Positions 13,401 through 25,400 of a DNA stretch of 64,000 nt are shown here, piece after piece (positions within the stretch are counted from its first letter, which is position 1; every line of letters begins with the position of its first letter). A program made the translations under genes and the position numbers. The notes under the pieces are model-generated. The model ran no database searches and was not told the origin of the DNA. It worked only from the letters and a program-made list of their open reading frames with translations. The stretch is from Podarcis erhardii (Eukaryota), in assembly GCA_964252035.1 (NCBI GenBank), contig OZ176201.1; one strand, written 5' to 3'.

Positions 13401-16400
13401 GGGGGGTGATCGTGGGGCCTGAGCTGCAGCACGCCCGAGCCACACATCTCTCCTGGGGAGTTATGTGGTGGTTTGGACACCTGCAGACTCCGCGCTGCCC
13501 TAAATGGCAACGTGGGCCTTGCGGACTCTGTGGAGGTTCCGCGCAGCATGCTCTGCCATGGCTTGCAGTGTCCCTGGGTGCAGGGCATTTGCGCCACCCT
13601 GGGCGCTCAAGCAATTAGCTACGCCACTGACCAACGCTCAGGGATAGAGGAAGCTGTACTCCTGCAATGTCTGGAAGGCGACATGCCACCCTGTAATAAG
13701 GTGTCAGCCATCTTGCCATTTTAGTCACCTGCAAATGCAGAAATGTTTAGCAGGCATTTCACCTTGAGTGAGGAACTGATTTCAAAGAACTGGTTCACAC
13801 TGAAGTCTTACTGGGGGAAATCAAGCCTTTCACACTTAGTGATGTGGAATAAACATTTACTAATGAGATCATTAATGACACTGTCAAATAATCTGAGGTT
13901 TTCTGAAATCAAACAGTATATATATTGACTTGTAGCTCAGTCTTTTCACCACTATGCTATACCAACTATCACATTTATTTCTCTCTCATTCGTATATATG
14001 AGTGTGTGTATATATATGAGAAATAAATGTGATAGTTGGTGTAGCATAGTGGTGAAAAGACTGAACTTGTAGTCAGGAAACCCCTGCTTTTGAATCTCAC
14101 ATCTGCCTTGAACTTACTAGGTGGCCATAGGCAAACCACTCTTTCAGTCTCAGACCCCTTTCAGCAAAACAGCGTTAATGTTAATGCAGGGTTGCTGTAA
14201 GGGTTACATGACAATATAAGTGTTATGAAAGCACTATGTAATTCCTTATCATCATCCTTATCCTTAATAAAAAAAAAAGTGGCTAGAAATACTATTAACA
14301 AGCAAATCATAGTGGTAGCTGCTGCACAGCTGAAAAGTCTGCCGCCTGGCATCACCTGTTATTCCTTTGCCTTTATAAGTCTTGGCAATAATTGCAGTTG
14401 GCTGATGTTTGGCCTGGCCAAAGGCTTTGCACAGTTCCTCCACACTGTGCCCATCGACGACGATAGCATGCCAGCTAGGAATGCAAACAAACAGATTAGC
14501 TTTTAAAAGGATTTGCAGAGGCAAAGCTTTTTATAAGAGCTCCGTGCCGAATAAGCAAAAGCAAGCACTGAACCGGTACATATAGTTATATATTATTAAT
14601 AAGCTATACTATGGCAATTTTTGTTGCAAGATGCAGCTAGGATCCAAGAACAATAGCTTAAGTGTACCAAAGGGCTTGGCATGCCCAATGAGATGTTTTG
14701 CTTTGTTTTTTGAACAGCCAAGCCCAAGCTGTATCACAGTTCGCTTTATCAAACTCCTCAGTAGTTTACCATGTGGCCTGGGGAGCTGCAGTTTGAAAGA
14801 AATTAAGACCAGGGTCTCCTGGATGCTTAGGAATGAGCACACAGTTCTCTGGATCCCAGCGACATGTCAGAATCAGAAAATGTTGCACTTGGGCTTGTAG
14901 CCTTAGCTTATTCGTCTTCGTCTCTGACTTATGGCACACTGAACAGTAGCAAATTTTAGTCCTAGCATATTCAGCCTAACCTTTATAAATGAATAATAAA
15001 AGAACCAGTAGCTAAGAATATTTGGCAAGAATGTATCATGGACTAAAAGATAAATATCTTCCAAGTATTCATAAGCATAAAGGACCTTTGCAAAAACCAA
15101 GAATTATCTCTCTGAATAATAAGTTTTTACTTTTTCCACTTACTATCGCATTCTCTTTGTGGGCTCAAAGGCTATAAGCTACCTTCAACCTGTTTAACCA
15201 CTTTATTAAAATAACTATAAACTAAAGCAAGGTCTAGAATACTTGCTAAGGACACAAGAATCTATAACAATAAATCCTTTCTGAAATAGAGACAACACCT
15301 ATGAGACCTAAAGACTCAAATAGTTCAATGGGGCCTTTAAGCGTTTTAAGGAGTGAGGAAATAGCCAGTTTCCTCAAATGTGACAAATTTCAACAGAGCC
15401 AGAAATAAACGCTATGAAAGCATGACTGTCAACGGCTAGACAAATAAAAAAAAAGCTTCCTTGTCATTTTGTGCTCTTCAAATGAAAGAACAGACTGACT
15501 CCTGGACAAAATTTAACAACCTGTATTGGCCTTTACTTTTCTGTATTTATGATCCCTCTATATTGACTATCATGGCTCCAAGTTGGATGCAGACGTCTCT
15601 GTTTGTGGAAGGGATTGAGATTCAGTGGAGGCTCCCAGTGCATGAAGAAGACAAGGTGATTTTCACCAAATCTGCCTTCTCCGTGTAGCCCCATGTGCTC
15701 TGTATCCTGACACTCTGGAGCAGCTTTTCAGAGAGCACAGGAATTTTGAGGGAGGAATCAGGGGAAATGCCCTCTTCCTTCAGTGGGAGAGCCCTGTGGG
15801 AAGACTGCTGCCCATAGAGATTTTGATTCTGCATTTAATGATCCTCTGAACCCAATCCACAAATTGAAAAGAGCACAGAGCAACCAAGGTTGAAGACATC
15901 ATATATTTCTCAAATACATACATACATACATACATACATACATACATACATACCCAAAGGCTTCACAACGTTTTTGGTAGATTTCAACGTGATGCTGCAG
16001 AGGCGCAGGGTCACTTTGTCCAAGTCGGTTAATGTCAAGAATAGCAACCAAATTATCCAGCTTGTAGAACCCAGCAAAGGCCATTGCCTCCCAAACTGAA
16101 CCTTCAGACAATTCTCCATCACCGAGGACACAATAAACACGGTAGCTGCGTATTGAACAACAAAAAGCAGGGACTAAATATTCAGTATCGTAAGTTGACA
16201 AAGGAGGAAAAATACTTTCAGATAAGCCTACATAGTATGGACAATACAACGGTAGCCCCAATGAAACATTTTGCCTTTAAATGACACTCTTCCTACATAG
16301 ATTTTGTTGGCTCTTCTTCAAAGCCTATAACATGCTTCAGCCCTCTGAGGAATTTTGCTTCTGAATACTTTCCTTTCTTTTTACCATTTTTTGTTGCATC

Positions 16401-19400
16401 ATTATTACATTACCTAGTTAGGTGTTACAGCAGCATATCTGTGTATCTGGAGAAAATAGGTCTGGATCTTAGGAGCAAAAGGCAGGCAGGTGCACAGGAC
16501 ACCTCTGTGACTTACATCTCTACAGCCCATCATGCCAGCCACATGCTTCCTAGCCTGACAGACTTTTGGTATCAAAAAAATTTCAAGTAACAGCCATGTG
16601 AAAGTCCAGTATATCACTTCCTTTTTTTCTTAAATTCAGACCCTGCCACTATCCCCAGCTTCCTGTGTGGCTGGGGAAGAACTGGATTTCAACACAGACC
16701 TGTTGCCGTTACATTCGGTTTCACCATTAGGACAGGGGCAGGAAACTTGTGGCTGCCCATATGCCCTTGGGCTAGTGCCCACTATCTCTGAGCAATGGCC
16801 ATGCTGGACAGAAGTTTCTAGTCCAGCAACATCTGAAAAGCCTTAAGTTTCCCACCGCTGACTTTGCTACAACCAGAACGAGTGCGCTTGGCATACTATT
16901 ACACGGCCTTTCTCAAACTTGGGTCCCCAGATGTTGTTGGACCACAACTTCCATCATCCCTGACCACTGGTCCTGGTAGCTAGGAATGATGGGAGTTGTA
17001 GTCCAACAACATCCAGGGACCCAAGTTTGCAAAAGGTTGCTATAATGTTTCCAAAGCATGCTCTCTGGATACTAAAGGCATTAAGATGTCTTGGGTTATT
17101 TCTGTTCTGGCGGCCAGTTTATTTTGATTTATTCCTTTAATCAGAGAGAAAGTATACAATCCTCATTAGATGGGTCGATCCAAATGTCTTGTTTGTGTTG
17201 GTTTGTGACTCATTTATGCTAAACAAGCTTAAGTGATTTATAGTACTGGATGCGACATAAAATAAATTTTATGAGCCTAAAAGGTGAATCACACAAAGGC
17301 TCATCTAGTCCAGCTTTCTGTTTCCACCAGCAATCCAGCAATTGTGTTCCGGAAAATAGTCACCAAAACATAATTTTAAAATCTAATTTAAAATAATGAG
17401 TCTGTTTTGAAGACAGGAGGAAGAAAATACAATTTTTTAGAGCTGTGTCAAAGTATTCACAGAAAACGTACACATGTGCAGATAAAAGCTTTATGCTAGC
17501 TATGCCATATTTCTTATGGTTGCCATCCGCAGGGGTATGGACACAAGATTTATGCCTGCATTTGGGGATTTGGTTTGACAGGTCACACAAGGCTTGTGGA
17601 TGCTCTCCGATGTCCTGTTCTACGATCAGGCTTGCACTACAGACATAAGCCTGCCTTAAATGTCATGGCTTCTCCCCCTCCCCAAGAATCGTGGAAAGTA
17701 TTGATCTTATTAGAAAGCCCTCCCCTTTATGGAATGCGCCTATGGAATGAGCTGCTGCAGGATATGGTAGCAGCCACTAGCCTAGATGGCTTTAAAAGCA
17801 GATTAGACAAATTCATAGACTATAAAAGGCTATTAGCTGCCACTAGTTATGATGGCTATATGCTACCTCCAGATTTAGACAAGACGCCACTGAAATACGG
17901 TTGCTGGAAACAATAGTGGGAAATGTCTTCATATTCTGCTTGTGGGCTGCCATGGGGCATCTAACCAGCTAGACTAGATAGGTCTTTGCTCTGATGCAGC
18001 AGGATTCTGTCCTGATGACAACAGGCCTCTGTAATAGTTTTATCAGCACCCATGCAAAATTACAGTCATTTAGAAGCTATGTCTGACATTACTGGAACCT
18101 TAAGCACTACAGATTAATATTGGTTTTAGGATTCTAACATAAACGTGCCCTGAGAGGACAGCTTTTGTTCATAGTCGCACACCAAGTATTATTCAGCTCC
18201 GTAATGCAGGTTTTTAAGACCAAAATTGAAGCCCTGCTAGTGTAGTTCACTGAACTAACTTCATTTGTTCCTGTAGGCTGCTGCGGTTGTTAAGAGGCCT
18301 AATAATGTGTGCCCGTGTGCCCTAGAAAGTATTTAAGGAGCTCGTAATGGGCAGCAAGAATAATCTGAAACACACATTATTCTCTACTTTTGGTTTTTCC
18401 GCCTAAGTCAAAGCCTCACCTACAGGTAATCAAAATGAGTAACCAGAGGGAAGCTGTGAGTCATTAGTGCCAATTATTGTAGAACGAGAATGTAACCTTG
18501 AGGGGGGAAAGGTGCTCTAACAATGACTCTTACTGTAAAGCTGAAATGAATGCGTGCCTGCTAAACACACCATCACTGTGACTCAGCAAAATCCTTGGGA
18601 AAGCTCAGCTATTACTTAACAAGTGCTGCTTATAATCTATCCAGCCAGAGGCAAGGATTTGCACATTATTCAGTATGTATACTTGAGTCTAAATGCTTAA
18701 CCTGTAAGAACTGCTATACCTCAAGGGAAAACAAGTTGGGACACTAAAATGCTTGAAGTTTTGTTTGCTTGTTTTATAGTTCATAGCTCCAACCAGCACC
18801 AATGGAAACTCCCTTTCTGGGTTGAAGTGACAGCATGAGGCATATTTAGCAGAGGATAGAATTTCCCACCCACACATCGCTATTAGCTGTAAAAAAAACC
18901 AACAACCAAACATACAAATGCAACTTCCAAATGCATTTAGAGTCATGTTTAATTTGGCCCTCAGTTGTGGCCTACTGCAGTTAAATAAAAGGTTCAGCTC
19001 CACTTCCATTATACTGGGTTTATCCCCACTTCTTTCATGTCATTAGCATCTGCCACAAGTAAAAGCACTGGGAGCAACAGTCTTGCACAGCAATGTTCCT
19101 TCTTGGTACGGCTGATTATATTAATATAGATTAGAAATCTTTTGATTTATTAAAAAGGTGCCCAAGACTCAGCCTTGCATTTAAGCACTAGCCTGGTAGT
19201 CACAAGTGATTAGGAACTGCATGCAGGTTGAGTGCATGATGCTATTCTAAGCAGGTGAGTGGTGTTAACAGAGGGATAGAGGAGTCTGTCCCTGCTAAGC
19301 AACCAGCAGAGAGACTAAGGGAGCTGCCAGAGGATGGAAACCCTTTCCCATTTACTTCCAGCACACAAATGCCACAGCTTGTTGCAAAAGGAACAGAGCT

Positions 19401-22400
19401 CTCCATCCATCCTTTGCTAGCCGCCAGCAAGCTTGTAAACATTTCTGCAGGCTAGTAACTTCTATGGGCTTATTTACAAGGTCTGTGAGTTTTAAAAAGC
19501 ACAGCAAAAGAACCGATTTTAAAAACGTTCTTAGAAAAAGCTGCAGAGGGCAGGTGTTGTCTTTGAAGAGGCATCCCCTGTCCCCTCTCTCTTACAGAGG
19601 ATGAAAAGTCTCTAGTAAGATGGCGCCTACTGTAACATGTGCAGGCATTCAAGAGTATGCTTGCATTGTTGTTTATTCTGATGCAAATTTACATAGTTAT
19701 AGTCAACCAAAAACCATATGATCAACTAACTAGCATTTCCTTAATCAGGTGACAGTTCTACTTCATGATTTTTTCAAATGAGCAAAGGCCAATATGGATT
19801 GTGATGCATCCTGGTAGGGACCAGCAAGGGATAGAAAGAGCCACTGTGAAGTAACTGCTGCATTGCGCAATTTGATGGCATTTTTTTCTGGCAGACAGGT
19901 TGACATTTAATGGGTGATTTGCGACCCATCCCAGTATCTCATGATGGGGAATGCACCGGCAGCAGCATTTAAACCTAATATGCAGCTGTTAAAAAGCCCA
20001 AGAGGCTAATGGAACAAAGTTGACAATCCTAGATGGATGTAACATCCCTCTCTCGGCCTTAAGATTTTGTGAATCAAACTCAACTCCAAGTGACAGGGTC
20101 CGCCCCCCCCCCCCCCAGTTTAGCTTTTCTGCATTTCCTACTTCCTCAAATACTTCATAGATGACTGTATTATTTCTGGGCTGATTTGTCTATTTGCTGA
20201 AACATCAGTGTGCAAATTAAATGTATTTGTGTGAGAGGTGAGGTGGGGTGTGTGAATATAGCAAGCTGGCAATAATACAGCAAGACAGGAATAAATACTG
20301 ATGAGAGTGGTTCATGCTAACATCTACAGTAAATATCATTTGTGTTAGAGCATGTATCTGCAAACTTTATTAGTCACCTAGCTAAATTACGATTTTACAA
20401 AACCCTGGCTATTCCCCAGCATGACGTGCAAAGAGCCAGTGAGCACCAACCGTAGGCAGAGATAAAGTCTTTCTATGAATACCACCTGCCAGGCTGCATT
20501 AAGATCAGCACATCAGTGTACACAGAAATGCTTTCAAGCAAGTGAAGTGTGCAATGTAAAATTGCATTTACTCAGCAACCCAGGTTTTCATGCTCTAATA
20601 CTGTCACATAAAATACATCAACTTCCCCAACACACACAGACAAATGCCTTTGGATATCTACTTTTCTTTAACACCACATGAAGATTTTCATACCAGTTCT
20701 AACAGGACTATTGCCCTTGAACTCACTACGAGTTGCACAACAGGGTTCTTCTGCATAATATCCTCTAACACCTTTGTTGGACAATGCTGTGTTGCCATAA
20801 CAATCTTTGAACAAAATTCGCTTTCGCTCAAGCTAAATACTACTTTCATATAAAGTCACCTTTCGATTCCATTGTCACTAGCATTATTTCTGCAGAGGTA
20901 TGGAGATTCTCGCTCTTTCTCTCATACGTACATGGGCACCGAACAAGCTATAATTGCAATTCAAAAGGTTGTGGACCAGATTTGGCATTTCTTTGCTCTG
21001 TGCACAAATTAACAACAGATGAATCTTGTTAATTTAGCAGGGTCTGCATTCTCAAACTTGAGACTGGAAACTTGATTGTGTAACAGCATCAAGGACAGTT
21101 TTGCTTCATTTCCTTATCCATCCATACATCTCCATGAAAGCAAAGAGGGTGAAATATTTTCAAGATACCTGGCTTTGTCAAAGTACTTCCCGGTGTAGGC
21201 CATACCGCATGCAGCACCCAATCCTTGACCGAGTGATCCAGTAGCGACATCAGTGAATGCTTGTTTCTAAAAAGAAGAAGCAATAGCATGTAATCAAAAG
21301 AATACCTACTTCATAAACCCTAAAGCTTTCAATCCTAGGCACACCAGCATTGAGCCTAGTTGGGGTTACTTCCAAGTAAGCATTCACAGATCAGGCTGCA
21401 TGTTCAACCCTGACCCAAAGTTCCCACAGGTACATCTAGTGAAGCAGGGAAAGATACCACCATAACTCTCTGAAGACTACTTTGTGAAGCTCACCTTTTC
21501 ACCACCAATACTCATCTTTTTAGCCCTCTATATTATCTAAGTACCATACCCCACCCAACCCCACCCTGCCCTTGAAATCTGGCTCTTAGTCAGCCTTAGC
21601 TGCCAGATCAAGCACTCCCTCTGAGCACTTCAGGAAGTCACGAGAAGAGCCTATGGGCTGCATCCAATACAACTGGAGTTCCATTCATGCAACAAGACTA
21701 TGTCTTCTGTGTGACCCAAAAATCTGCTCTGGTGCACAAGGGGCTGCGGGGAAGAGGAAGCAGACATTCCCATGTGCAAGAGGTAGTATGTTGTGTGAGC
21801 AGATCAGCAGCCCCGGATGCAACCCTACATGAGTAAATTAATGCAATACAGGTTTGTCAGGAGTTAAGTATTACTCTGCAGTCATAACCTATACTGCACA
21901 TCTCTGAAGGTCTGAGATGCAAAAGCTGCACCTGCCCCAAATATTTAAAGCCCCGTTTTCTGCTCTTAGCTGGCAGCTGTTGCAATGGTCATGTTAAATA
22001 GATTCTAACAAACGAAGAAAGCATGCTGAACTAATTATCTTGATCAACTGTACGTTTCAAAAACAGGTGCTCATTAGGTGAACCTGTGCCCGGCGACGCT
22101 CCCTCTTAACATCAGTCCAGAGACAAAGCAGACTGAGACTAGGCAACTGTCCATGGATCTGCCCTTCCACCACGTTCAAGAGCAGAGGATGAGAGATCAA
22201 ATTCTACAGCCACTTCCATGGGCTTCTGCATCTAGGGCAGGCAGTGGCAGTGTGTGGAGGGGATTTGTGATGAAGCATCCATCCATTCTCAGAGGTATGA
22301 GAGATGTGTCGGAGCATCATAAAAAGTAGCCTGTTTTAATAAAGGGAAAGGGAAAGGGACCCCTGACCATTAGGTCCAGTTGCAGATGACTCTGGGGTTG

Positions 22401-25400
22401 CGGCGCTCATCTTGCTTTACTGGCCGAGGGAGCCAGCGTACAACTTCCGGGTCATGTGGCCAGCATGACTAAGCTGCTTCTGGTGAACCAGAGCAACGCA
22501 CGGAAATGCTATTTACCTTCCTGCTGGAGCAGCACCTATTTATCTACTTGCACTTCGTGCTTTTGAACTGCTAGGTGGGCAGGAGCCTGTTTTAATACCA
22601 TAGCTAATATTGACATGCATGAAAGTAAAGGCATTGAGTGCTGTTCTAAAATGTAAAAGTAATCTTCTTTGGTTGCTTTCTCGGGGGGGGGGGACCTTTA
22701 ACTATACTACATTTGTTGTCAACCCATGGGTTTATTTCTGTTACCTAAACCATTGCTAAACTATCACTATGAACCAGATGTCGACAGTAGTGTAGTGTAA
22801 AAGGTGCACAAACTTTTTGATTCCTAAGGCAATCTCCCTGCGTTTTCCCAAAATACTCACTGGCACAGGGTGGCCTTCCAAAATGGAATCGATTTTCCTC
22901 AGGTTTAATAACTCTGATTCATGGAGGAAGCCTGCTTCAGCCCAGGCAGCATACAAGATTGGGGCTGCATGACCCTAGACGAAGGGAAAGAAACAAAATC
23001 AACAATTGCAGACCATCTTAAGAAGAGAGGCCAAATAGCATGAAAGGATATGGAAATTCTCATGTCAACATGTTGCCCTCATATTCTGCTTGCAGGCATC
23101 TGGTTGTCTACTGCAAGAACAGGATGCTAGAGTAGATGGGGTTTTTGCTTGATGCAGCAAAGCTATTGTGTTGTTATTTTTAAAAAAATAACTATTGAGG
23201 AGGAAAAACCATTAGATATCATACTAGTGACATGGTCCCTGCTGAAGGGTCTTATTCAAATTGGAGAGTTTAAATGAGGCAAAAAGGGACAGTGAACTAG
23301 TAGAAGGGGGAAAGGGGCTCAACAGAAAATGGGGATGGCTGTTCTAGAATAGGAAACAGCATGGCAAACACGGCAAAAACAGGAGTAAGAAGTGATGGAA
23401 AAGAGTGGGAGCAGACAAGCAGTTAGAACAGGAATAAGGGAAAGTTTTTAAAAATAGGTATGTCTACATGTGCAAAGGGGAAAAAATATTTGAAGTCAAA
23501 GACCAGAAGGCTGAAAATACTTTCTCCCAGTCCCTCCTCTGTTCTGCTCATTGTAGAGAGAGGCAAATGCCCAAAGTGAGAGACAAGAAAACGAAAATCC
23601 CAAGGATCCTGCAATATATGGGGCCTCCTAGTTAATGGTTTGCTTCTCTTCATAAGTGAGTTTGAGCCCCACTCCCCATCTCAAGGTGTGCAAAGAGGTA
23701 GAGAAGGAGTAACAGCCCAAAGCAAAAGACAACCGGCTGAATTTCAAGTTCCACTGAAATTAATGTCCCAATCGCTACTTGTCCTACTGATACCAATAGG
23801 ACTTAGGTGTGACTAACTTGATTGGCAATTGAGCCAATGTCTCAAAAGCCCAAGGAGTTTGAAATAAGTGCATGAATCCAAGGTTCAGCACAGAAATTGT
23901 GAAGGATGGCAAAGAAATTCTTGGGTTTTTTGCATTGTTGTATAAGAACACTGCTGAGGATATTTTTTTTGCAAAGAGCCATTAGGAAACAGAGTAGAGT
24001 ATTCAATCAGAGCTAGCCTTCAGGAGAGTAATGAAAAAGATCTAGCTCTTACCTTGGAAAGAACAAACCGGTCATTGTTAGGATTTCTGGGATCCTGCGG
24101 CTTGTACCTCATGGTATGGAAAAACAGCACAGACATGATTTCTGCAGCACTGCAACATGACGTTGGGTGGCTGCAAATCAAAGCACACGGAGCGTTACAA
24201 CTGCAGCCTCTTGTCAGGTCACATTCCTGTCACTGAAACACCAACATGCTCATCCTTCCAGGCTTCCACAGGGAAACGTGCCATTAGAAGTGCCTGTGAG
24301 AACTCCTTCCATCTACTATCATCCTAGTGTCCATTAGCTCTGATCAGTTAAGAGAAGAGAATGTCGTGTTATTTTCCCCAAAATGGATGCCGAAATGTAA
24401 GCTTCAGTGACATCCATTCCCCCAAAATGGATGCCGAAATGTAAGCTTCAGTGACACCTTGAGCTACATTCTCTCCACTAAGATCAAGAAAGAGCATCAG
24501 AATCAGCAGCTATTATGTTCATGAAGTTACACATTCACCTACTTTTAGAGAAAAGCTTCATTTCCTGTGAAAGGCCCAAGGAGATCTCCTTGACCTGAAC
24601 GAAGCCTGAACAATATTTAGGTATTTTGGGGAAATGGCCCCTCGCCTATGGTTTATTATACGTGGCTAAAGGGTATTCGCCGCCTAGATGCTGCTGGACT
24701 CTACTTCTCACCAGCCCCAGCCAGGATGATGGGAGTGTAGTCCAGCAATATCTGAAAGGACACAACTTTGAAAGAGCATTTATCTGACTAGATGTTAAGT
24801 TTTAATGAGCACTTATAAAGGAAAGTTAAGCTTCAGAAAACAAATTGGTGCATTATGACATTGGATATGTTTTCTCTCTTTCGAGAGCACAAGTTGAAGG
24901 AGATTTGCAGCAGGGATTTCAATGACCTTGTGAAGGAGCATGTCATCTATGATTTTCTCCTGAGCTTCAGGGAAGGGTTTCAGTTGGTTTGCAAAATAAT
25001 CATGTCAGTACATTACTAAAAGGAAGATGAACAGGAGAGATGCCCTTTCTAGCACTGCAGATTATTAGGCTATTTCAGGACCAAGAAACAAGTACAATTC
25101 TGTTTAACCTAGTATAAACTTGAAGTGGCTTGCTTCCTCCTCCTATATATCCCAATGTGATCTTAAGGATCAACAGCAAACAATTCTTAGAGTACCACAC
25201 CTGAGCATCATGTTCGGGCAGCAAGAGAGATTCTCCACAGTTGTTAAACTAATTTCTTTAAGAGGTTTCTAAAAGCCCCAACTTGCCTTGAAAAGAAAAA
25301 GAAAAACCTCAATACATCTGGCATTTGAATGGTGGAGTGGGAATTCTTCCCCCCACTTCATTTTTCATTTGTGAACATTTGTCATACCCTTCTGATATTG

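Noticed and set aside
22465-22474. ARE core ATGACTAAGC as a dedicated TKT enhancer
   Set aside because: Part of the Sauria SINE sequence (present in both copies) and lacks the terminal A of the strong ARE; no locus-specific evidence.
24376-24456. Direct repeats as a CRISPR-like array
   Set aside because: Only two copies with a 7-nt spacer, in a vertebrate intron with no cas genes.
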